DNA from: Octopus bimaculoides | Lineage: Eukaryota | Length of the DNA stretch: 64,000 bases | Reading direction: 5' to 3' | NCBI RefSeq assembly: GCF_001194135.2 | Contig: NC_068982.1 | Coordinates: 97,216,868-97,280,867, forward strand | Part shown: one piece after another, positions 14,366-25,900 of the stretch | How positions within the stretch are numbered: the stretch's first letter is position 1 | Layout of the letters: each line of letters starts with the position of its first letter | The notes under the pieces: model-generated | The model's database searches: none | The model's input: the letters and a program-made list of their open reading frames with translations, nothing else | What the model was told of the DNA's origin: nothing | Translations under genes and position numbers: made by a program

Positions 14366-16107
14366 GTCTCTCTCTGTCTGTGTGTGTGTGTGTATGCATG
14401 TATGTGTGTATTTAGCATTCTTCTCTACAAAAGTGAAGTGGCCAATAACAACAAAGGTATTTTGACCATTATTTACATTTGACGGATATTTGTCCTCATC
14501 TTGTTTGTTGTTGACACAATGTTTTGGCTGATATACCCTCCAGCCTTCATCAGGTGTCTTGGGGAAATTTTGAACCTGGGTTCTCATTCCTAAGGTATTT
14601 TTCGATGTTATTGTTGTTGTTGTTATTATTATTATTATTATTATTAGCATCTAGTTGAGGCCAGCTTAACCTATTGTACTTCTGAAGCCAGTAAAATAAT
14701 AAATCTCCTAAATACTGGTGTTGATATAATCAACTACCCTTTTTGAGGATTTGCCCCAGCATGGCCACAGACTAATGGGTGAAACTAGTAAAAGAATAAC
14801 ACAGACAACTTACTAGACTTTCCAAAAGAATTCAAGGATGACCATGATTCTATGTATTTCTTAATCCCTCTTTCATTGAAACTTGGTAAATGTAGAGCAG
14901 GATTATCTAACAAAGGATCCAGAGAATCCACAATTCTTTGTAATTGCTCTTCATATCTTTCAAATTTCTGAAATATTTGTAAATAAATATAAATGTGTAT
15001 GTGTGTGTGTGTGTGTGATCACAGTATTATGCCTACGTTAGAAATGTTCGTGAAATATTGTTTTGTAAATGCTGATTGGAATTGAAGATGAAAAATAACT
15101 TCGTAATATAGATGCAAAAATTTGAATGAAGATGCATTTTATGAACCCTCCTTTAATAATCTTTATTATTATGTTACATAGATTTATAAAACATATTTGG
15201 GTTTACAATAAATGAATTTATGATTCTTTACCTCAGCATCAGATTGAGAGAACTGAGCAATTTGCAGTTTATTAAGGTGGCTATCTCGTCCTAGTGTGAG
15301 AGATTTAGCTTTGGGATTTGAACTATTTGGCTGCAACAATGGTGTGTAAGAACTTGGATTTCTTAAAAAGATCTTTAACCCATATTTCTGGAAAAAGAAA
15401 TGAAAGAATAAAGTTATATTTACATTAAAATTTGATGTTGTCTTCAGAAAATTTATGAATGTACAGTTAAAAACCTCTTTATTTATAATCATATAAGATT
15501 GGTAAACTGTGGTTTTGAATATAGAGTGTAAAGAAGATTATGGACGTGATAATAGTTTCTTGGAAATAAACACCTTAATGTTTAAATAACTACACACTGT
15601 ATTTATAAATACTGAAAGAAATGTTAAGTAAATTTAGAACAGGAGACCTGTTTTGTAAATATTGAACAGGATATGAAAATAACAACTCAGCACGAAGTGT
15701 TGCTATCTAATTTTTTGATATTATGTGATAGTGATACAGACTACCATTCTTAATTTCTTACATTTTCCTTTGGCTAGTCTTTCTCTGTGCTTGGTTATGT
15801 GCTACTATCTTTCTTCTTAGTTTCAAGTCACAGTGGTTTTGGCTGCTGTTACAACAATTAAATTGTAGCAGTTTAGCTTGATAGCTGATTTATGCGAATT
15901 GTATGTTATAATGCATTATAGTGAAGCTGATGAAATGAAAATTGGCAATTTATTTGCACTAGATGACATTACAAAATCATTATTTTATCTCCATTCTTGA
16001 TTATGCAATGCAGACATATGACATCAAAACATACACCTACCAAATCTAAATATATATAAACTACATCTACATACCAGAACTAAACATACATAAACCACAT
16101 ATGCATG

Positions 16108-16187
<80 letters not shown>

Positions 16188-18134
16188 ATCAGACTGCCGG
16201 AAGGGAAGCTAGGAGACAGGTTTATTTAGCCAGAGGGGAAGCAGATAAGAAAAAATTTGCCAATGTTCTGCACTGGGAGAACCAAAGACTTGAGGTATTT
16301 TGTGTTGCAAGACAGTGTGTGAGAGAGAATTGTGATGTCATAGGAGAGAATTATGTCCACATGAATGATGGTTCACTTGCATTAAACGAGGCTGCAAAGA
16401 GAGAGGTTTGGAGACGCCACTATGAAAGGTTGCTAAATAAAGAGAATGAATGGGAGAAAGAGAGTCTGCCAAATGCCGACCCAACAGAGGGACCAGCTAT
16501 CTGAATTGACAGTACCTTGGTGAATAAAGCAATTAAGGGTATGAAGACAGGGAAAGTCCCCAGCCTATCAGGAATCACTGCAGAGATGCTCAAAATATCT
16601 GGCAATGTTGGCTATAGCCTAGTCACTCATATAGTCAGCCAGGTGATACAAGAAGGAGTCATACCCAATGACTGGTGTAGCAGCACTATAGTCAACTGCT
16701 ACAAAGGTAAAGGTAATGTATTAGTTACAAATAATTACAGAGGTATCAAGTTGTTGGATCAGGTAAGGAAGGTCATGGAGAGGGTCATAGCGCAACAAAT
16801 TAGGGAGAGAGTCAGCCTAGATGAGATGCAGTTTGGGTTCGTGCCAGGTAAAAGCACCACTGATGCTATATTTCTGCTAAGACAGCTGCAGGAGAAATAC
16901 CTAGCCAAAGATAAACCTCTGTACCTGGCTTTCATTGACATGGAGAAAGCCTTTGACAGGGTCCCCCGATCCCTTATCTGGTGGTTAATAAGGAAACTAG
17001 GGATAGATGAATGGTTAGTGAGAGCTGTCCAAGCCATGTTCAGGGATGCTGTCAGTAAGGTGAAGGTTGGCAATGAGTACAGAATTCCGGGTAGGAGTCC
17101 ACCAAGGATCAGTTCTCAGCCCCCTCTTATTCATCATAGTCGTCCAGGCAGTCATGCCAGTGGCATGTAAAAGCACACACTATACTCTTAGAGTGGCTGG
17201 TGTAAGGAAGGACACCGAGCTGTAGAAACTTTACCAGATGAGATTGGAGCCTGGTGCAGCCTTCTGGCTCACCAGTCCTCAGTTAAATCGTCCAACCCAT
17301 GCCAGCATGCAAAGTAGACGTTAAACGATGATGATGATGATATATATATATATATATATACATACACCATATCTATGCATAACAGTTAAACATATGCTTA
17401 CAACATCTATGCACACATATATGTTATTTTGCAGAATGATATGTGAACTAAAACTCTAATGGATAGCATGCCTTTTTCAGTCTCCAGAAGATATTAATGT
17501 TACCTAGCTATAAAATGAGCTTCATATTTAACTTGTCTGTGTACATAATCAAGTAGTTGAAATAAAATGTGCAAATTCATTATTTTAAACTCTGAATCTT
17601 GCATTTAAAAAGTGATCAACCCACCTTCCCTTTTTTCAATTCTGTACAATCTTAGTTATGGTTGTAACACACAACTTCCAGTTGTTCATTTAAAACTCTC
17701 ATTGCACAACCTAAATATGTTGCTTCCTAACATTGGTACAATGCCATACATTCTGGAGAAGGCATAGCTGATTAAATTTATCCCAGTAATTTATTTCATT
17801 GACTGAAAAGGACAAAAGGCACAGTTGTTCTCAGAAGGAATTGAAGTGAAGTCAATACAGGATGTAACGAAATATCACAATGAATGTCTAATGCTCTTAC
17901 AGTTCTTGTAAACTCATTGCCTTTGAAGAAGCTAAATATATTAGTAATACAAATATGTAGTTATTTTGTGTTTTGGTTGGATACATTGTCTATCCCAAAT
18001 GACTTTTCTTTAGAAAAGATGTTGATGGAAACTGTGGACCCTAAGTAAGGTATGTGCAAAATTTGAATGAAATTGGTTGTGTAGTTCTGGAGTTTTAGGG
18101 ATTCACACCGACACACACACAGATATACATTCTC

Positions 18135-18177
<43 letters not shown>

Positions 18178-18761
18178 TATACATGTGTATACGTATGTAT
18201 GTATATGTGTGAGTGTCTGTGTTTGTCTCACTACTTCACAACTGTTGACAACAAGTGTTGGTTTATTTACATTCCTGAATGAAACTTAGTGGATCAGCAA
18301 AAAGAGGCTCGTAATATAAGTACCAGACTTCTACAAATGAATAAGAACTGGGGTTGATTTGATCATATAAACCTTTCAAGGCAGTGCTCCAGCATGGCTG
18401 TGGTCCAATGAGTGAAACAAATAGAATACAAATGATATACCTTCAGTTCCAAATCTTTGTAAATCTGTGGCCGTAACAAACTCAGCAGATATGAAGCTCT
18501 GGAAAACTTGAATCCTAGAATGATTAGTAGGAATAGAATGAATTACATGGCTAGTTTGACATCAAATGTACATGGGGGTTACATAAAAGGACATTGAATT
18601 ATATAATAATTGCTTGCTTTGATTAGAAACATAGTTATTTTTGTAAGGAGGAAGATATACCGACTGCAGACTTGATTTCATTAGATTAAGTAGGAATGAC
18701 ACACAAAATAAACTCCAATACTACTAAATTTACAACAACAGTGAGACAACAGACAAGGTAT

Positions 18762-18798
<37 letters not shown>

Positions 18799-19124
18799 CG
18801 GTGGTGGTGGTGGTAATAGTAGTAGTAGTAGTTGTAGTTGTTGTTATAGTTGCAACAGCAGAGATATTTGTTTTGGTCTTCTGCACTCTGAGTTCCACCC
18901 CTGCCAAGGGTCAATAAATAAAGTCCAGTACTGGGACTGATTATACTATTCTATATTTTTGAGATGAGAAATTATGTACATTATTTACAATGAACTGATA
19001 GGTGTCCTCATCTTGTTTGTTGTCATCACAACATTTTGGCTGATGTATTCTCCAGCCTTCATCAGGTGTTCTGGTGGAAATTCGAACTCAACACTTTATT
19101 TGACTACTGGGGTACACTGTTTTC

Positions 19125-19182
<58 letters not shown>

Positions 19183-22091
19183 TAGTTTTACTTTTATAAC
19201 ATGCTTTCACTTCACTACCGAGCGCAGCTCTGTGTGCCTTGGGTATGTGCTGTGATTTGCTGTGATGCTCTTATGGTTACTGTATTGAAAGTGTTTTGCG
19301 TAGGATGTGTGCAGTGCCCAGTAGTGCAATTTTCTGTATGTTATATATATTTGTAAGTCCTGGTGTTTTTGTTATGTATTTGTCTGAATATTTTTTTATT
19401 ATACCTAAAGCACCTACTATGATAGGAATTGTTTCTGTTTTTAGATTCCACATTCGAGTTACCTCTATTTCCAGGTCTTTGTATTTTGAAAGTTTCTCCA
19501 TTTCTTTTTGGGAAACGTTGTCATCTGCTGTCATATTATTATTATTATTATTATTATTATAAAGGCAGCAAGCTGGGCAAAATGCTTAGCAGCATTTTGT
19601 CTGTCTTTACATTCTGAGTTCAAATTCCACCAAGGTTGACTTTGCCTTTCAACCTTTTGGAGTTGATCAAATAAGTACCAACTGAGCACTGGGGTCCATG
19701 TGATCAATTTACTCACTCCCCCCAAATTTTTGGTCTTGTGCTAAATTTGAAGCCATTTTTATAATCAGTGCGCTGGTGGAATTGTAAGTACATCAGACAA
19801 TAGCAGCATCTTCTAGCACCTTATTCTTTTATTCTTTTACACATTTCAGTCATTTGACTGTGGCCCTGCTGGAGCACTGTTTTAAAGGTTTTTAATCAAA
19901 GAAATTGACTCCAGGACTTATTCTTTGTAAGTGTAGTATTTATTCTAATGGTCTCTTTTGTTGAACTGCTAAGATATGGGAACATAAACACACAAACCTC
20001 AGTTGCCAAGTGGTGATAGGGGTGGGGACAAACACAGACACACATACATAAATACACACACACACATGTATACACACAAGCTTCTTTCAGTTTCCCTCTA
20101 CCCAATGAATTCCCATGTATGCCTGGGAAAGGTGGACATTAAAACAATGATGATAAACATGCGTTACTTAAGGTTTAATTATATGAAACACTTACCTGGT
20201 ATTATTTCCTCTGTTACAGCTGCTCCACCAATTACATGACGTTTCTCCAAGACACAAACCTTCAAGCCAGCTTTCTGTAGGTAGGCAGCCTGTGAAAGGA
20301 ATAATTGTTAATAATATATGTTGACTGCTCAAATGTGTGGATCATTTGAAGACTTAATTGTTTACATTAATAAATTGAAAGATTTACTTCTTAAATGCAC
20401 CATCACTGCCACAAGTATCACAAGTGAACCAAAGAGGAATGAAGGCCTCTACAAAATTCCTTACCCTACTAGAAATAGCAGCCAAATCTTCCCACTGTCT
20501 TAAAATGGAAGTATGTTAACTGTAGTTGAAACAGTTTTGGAATTAAGCTTTTCTAGATCATGGCTGACCCAAGACTAAATAACAAAAAAAAAAAAAAAAT
20601 CATTATCTCAATAACCTCCCAGAAATAATGGAATGAGCCATTGAACAAAGATCAATGTAGAGCTACTTGAATCAGATTAATGAAACAATCAAGTCTTTCC
20701 CATCAGACTGTTGGATTCAAAATGTGTGTGAGAGAGTAGATTGTATTGAGGTGGACCATATGTTTAAGCATTGCAGGTGTCATTGCATTTGATCACATCT
20801 TTGCTTTCTTCCCTCTTCTTGGTATCAAAATCATTCTTTTTTCTGCCCCTGCTCTCACATCCATGAGAGAAAAAGGAGAAGAGAGACTAGAGGAAGAAAA
20901 AAGACAGGGTGAATGAGAGATCTAATCTAAATTAAACAGGAGAGAATTAAAACATTGTAAAGCAAAAGAATTGAACTTCAACTTACAGTAATCAATCCAT
21001 TGTGTCCTGAAACACAGAAAGAGAGAGAAAGATGAATCAAAGAATATCAAAGAGAATGAAAGTCATAGAATAATTAACAGGAGTGGCTGTGTGGTAAGTA
21101 GCTTGCTTACCAACCACATGATCCCGGGTTCAGTCCCACTGCATGACACCTTGGGCAAGTGTCTTCTACTATAGCCTCGGGCCGACTGAAGCCTTGTGAG
21201 TGGATTTGGTAGAAGGAAATGTATTTATATATATATATATATATATAGGAGAATATACAAATAATAACAACAGACGAGGACAGGTGGTGTAAATAACAAA
21301 AGTATATATTAGTATGACGCTCGGGAATATGGAAAGTCTTTGACGTTTCGAGCTACGCTCTTCAACAGAAAGAATACGGAGACAAGGAGAAAAACACGGA
21401 GAAAAAAAAATTGATTGATGTAATCAATTACTCCAACNNNNNNNNNNNNNNNCCATTGAATGCAAGGATATTTCTGAATTATGTTTCATAATACATATAT
21501 ATATATATATATCTATATATCTATATATATATATATACATATATATATGTATGTGTAAGTATGTTTGTCCCCCCAACATCGCTTGACAACTGATGCTGGT
21601 GTGTTTACTTCCCCGTAACTTAGCGGTTCGGCAAAAGAGACCGATAGAATAAGTACTAGGCTTCCAAAGAATAAGTCCTGGGGTTGATTAGCTCGACTAA
21701 AAAAGGCGGTGCTCCAGCATGGCCACAGTCAAATGACTGAAACAAGTAAAAGAGTAAAAAGAGTAAAGAGTATAACTGAATCACAGAATAAGTAACTAAA
21801 ATGAAGAGGGGTTTAAAATAATCTATTGTGAAACATAATTCAGAAATATCCTTGCATTCAATGGAGCAACAACAATAATAATAATAATTTCTTTCTAACT
21901 TTGGCACAAGGCCAGTAATTTTGAGGGGTTGGAGTAATTGATTACATTAACCCTAGTGCTCAACTAGTACTTAATTTATTGAACCTGAAAGCATGAAAAG
22001 CAAAGTCGACCTTGGTGGGATTTGAACTCAGAACATGAAGATGGGCAAAATGCTGCTAAGTGTGGTAACAGTTTAGCCAGTTCATCACCTT

Positions 22092-22125
<34 letters not shown>

Positions 22126-22883
22126 GTTTAACATCCGCTTTCCATGCTAGCATGGGTTGGACGATTTGACTGAGGACTGGTGAACCAGATGGCAACACCA
22201 GGCTCCAATCTAAATTTGGCAGAGTTTCTACAGCTGGATGCCCTTCCTAACGCCAACCACTCAGAGAGTGTAGTGGGCGCTTTTACGTGCCACCAGCATG
22301 AAGGCCAGTCAGGCAGGTACTGGTGACGGCAACGCTCAAAATGGTGTATTTTACGTGCCACCTGCATAGGAGCCAGTCCAGCGGCACTGGCAATGATCTC
22401 GCTCGGATGTTTTTACACGTGCCACCGGCACAAGTGCCAGGAAGGCGATGCTGGGCACAGGTGCCATCACGATTTTGCTTTCTTAATAGTAATAGTAATA
22501 ACTTTCTCATATAGGCACAAGGCCTGAAATTCTGGAGGAAGGGGATAGTCGATTATATTGACCTGAGTACTCAGCTGATAGTTATTTCATCAACCCGGAA
22601 TGAATGAAAGGCAAAGTCAATCTCAGTGGAATTTCAACTCAGAACATAAAGACAAATAAAATGCCCTTAAGCATTTTCCTAATACACTAATGGTTCTATG
22701 GTTCTAAAAATAATAATAATAATAATTGTTTCAAATTTTGGCACACAGCTAGCAGTTTTTGAGGGGAGGAGGAAATTGATTACATCGACTGCAGTACTAG
22801 ACTGGTACTTATTTTATCAACCCCAAAAAGAAGAATGGCGAAGTTGATCTTGGTGGAATTTACACTCAGAAAGTAAAAACGGA

Positions 22884-22915
<32 letters not shown>

Positions 22916-25900
22916 CCTTTTTTACTATAGGTACAAGGCCTGAGATCTGATAGTAGGAGACTAGTCAATTTTATCGACCAGTAGTGTTTCACTGGTACTT
23001 AATTTATTGAAAGATGGAAGGCAAAGCTGACCTTGGCGGAATTTGAATCACCGTGGCAGAAAAAATACTGCTAAGCACTTTGACCAGCATGCTAACGATT
23101 TTGTCAGCTTGTCACCTTAATAATAATAATAATAATAATAATGGTTTCTAATTTGGGCACAAGGCCAGCAATTTCGGGGGGATGGGGTAAGTCGATTACA
23201 TCCACTCCAGTTTTCAACTTGTATTTATTTTATCGACCCCAAAAGGATAAAAGGCAAAGTCAACCTTAGTGGAATGTGAACTCAGAATGTAAAGATGGAC
23301 GAAATACAGTAATGTCTCCATATATATGAGTTAACTTGTTCTTGGAGACTGCTCGTAAAGCAAAAAAACTCAAAGTAAAGCAATAATTCCCATAGCAGCA
23401 ATGTTATAAATCTTTATTCATTCCCAGAAAAAATATATTACCTATAAAATTTATAGCACTCATAAATAAATGGCAATAAAGTGACAGTATAACGTAAAGA
23501 ATATTTTATGTAAAGTAAAAAGAATGTCAAGATTATTTATAATAAAAAATATTATTATCATTTTCTAAATCACTTTCACTCGCACTAGACTCGCGCATAC
23601 CATCATTTGTACATGTGATCACCGCTTCACAAGCACTTGTAGGATCTTGCAGGTATGAAGTGTATTCGATCTACCATAACCAAATTTAAATTAATAGTTC
23701 AACAGAACGTTTCTCATGGTGGAACAATGGTTTTTTTTCTGACAGCAGTTTTACATTTTGCCAGATTGCCTTAGCTAGGGCGAAAAAATGTCTTCACCAC
23801 TTGACCTCTATAACCGCTTCTACTTCATCAAAAGCTAGAATAGAGATATCACAGTACCACCAATGAAGTCCATTGTTTTCAACGATATGTCTATCCTTCT
23901 GGACAGTTATAAAAGCAAGAATCCCCAAGCAAAAACCAAGTAGTCACTTGGTGACAACGGAGTGAGGCGGCTCATGACGACTCAATTAGTTAGGGAACAG
24001 ACTGTTAGAATCATGATTACAAGGAAGGCAGCTACTAAAGACAAAGGGATGGTGTGCTGAAAGTGTAGCTGCTAAAATAAGAATAGCCTGGGCAAAGTTC
24101 AGAGAGCTCTTACCTCTGCTGGTGACAAAGGGCCTCTTGCTCAGAGTAAAAGGCAGACTGTATGACGCATGTGTACGAACAGTAATGCTACATGGCAGTG
24201 AAACATGGGCCGTGACTACAGAGGACATGTGTAAGCTCGCAAGGAATGAAGCCAGTATGCTCCACTGGATGTGTAATGTCGGTGTGCATACTCGACAGAG
24301 TGTAAGTACCTTGAGAGAAAAGTTGGATCTAAGAAGCATCAGTTGTGGTGTGCAAGAGAGACAATTGCACTGGTATAGTCACGTGGTGAGAATGGATGAA
24401 GATAGCTGTGTGAAAAAGTGCCACACCCTAGCAGTTGAGGGAACCTGTGGAAGTGGTAGACCCAGGAAGACCTGGGATGAGGTGGTGAAGCATGACCTTC
24501 GAACATTAGGCTTCACGAAGGCAATGACTAGTGACCGAGACCTTTGTAATTATGCTGTGCATGAGAAAACCCGGTAAGATAAGTGTGACCATAACCCGTG
24601 GTCTTTACCAGGCGTGTAGCCAGCCCACTTATGCGTACCTTTCCTTCTTTGGACACAAAACTCTGCCTGCGAAGACCTGTTGAGGCAAGTGAAATCGAAT
24701 CGAAATCGAAATTGAACCAAATTTGACGACTGGCGCCCATGCCAACCTTCGTTCACTGGACACTAAACTCTGCTTGCGAAGACCTGTTGGGGCAAGTGAA
24801 ATCGAAATTGAACCAAATTCGACGACTGGCACCCATGCCAGTGGAACGCTAACAGCACCATCCGAGTGGGATCACTGCCAGAGCAGCCGTCTGGCTTCCG
24901 TGCCGGTGGCATGTATAAAGCACCATTTGAGCGTGATCGTTACCAGCGTTGCCTTACTGGCACTTGTGCTGGTGGCACATGAACAAAACATTCGAGTGAG
25001 GTCGTTGCCAGTGCCGCTGGACTGACTCCTGTGCAGGTGGCATGTAAAAAGCACCATTTGAGCATAGTACCATCAGACTGGCCCTTTTGCCGGTGGTATG
25101 TAAAAGCACCCACTACACTTTTGGAGTGGTTGGCGTTAGGAAGGGCATCCAGCAGTAGAAACTCTGCCAGATCAGATTTGAGCCTGGTGCAGCCATCTTG
25201 TCCGCCAGTCCTCAGTAAAATCGTCCAACCCATGCTAGCATGGAAAGCGGACGTTAAACGATGATGATGATGATGATGATGATATATATATACCCTCAGG
25301 CCTTCAAGCAGGCTATCCACATGCTAGAAATAACAGTCAAATCTCACAAAACTGTGATAACAATGTAACCAATCTACTCACCTTTCTGCAAAGATTTCTT
25401 CCAGAGTAATTTCCCGCAATAATATGACAAAGTAATTCATGTGAAATTAAAGTGGGTTTTTTTTAGAAAACTTTTTTAAAAAATTCTTTTTCAANNNNNN
25501 NNNNNNNNNNNNNNNNNNNNNNNNNNNNNNNNNNNNNNNNNNNNNNNNNNNNNNNNNNNNNNNNNNNNNNNNNNNNNNNNNNNNNNNNNNNNNNNNNNNN
25601 NNNNNNNNNNNNNNNNNNNNNNNNNNNNNNNNNNNNNNNNNNNNNNNNNNNNNNNNNNNNNNNNNNNNNNNNNNNNNNNNNNNNNNNNNNNNNNNNNNNN
25701 NNNNNNNNNNNNNNNNNNNNNNNNNNNNNNNNNNNNNNNNNNNNNNNNNNNNNNNNNNNNNNNNNNNNNNNNNNNNNNNNNNNNNNNNNNNNNNNNNNNN
25801 NNNNNNNNNNNNNNNNNNNNNNNNNNNNNNNNNNNNNNNNNNNNNNNNNNNNNNNNNNNNNNNNNNNNNNNNNNNNNNNNNNNNNNNNNNNNNNNNNNNN

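Noticed and set aside
23560-23990. CpG-rich stretch with protein-like fragments
   Set aside because: Stops in all frames and no identifiable family; likely decayed TE
24560-25281. CRISPR-like or regulatory repeat array
   Set aside because: Subrepeats belong to the RTE 3' UTR and recur in every RTE-tail copy; eukaryotic context
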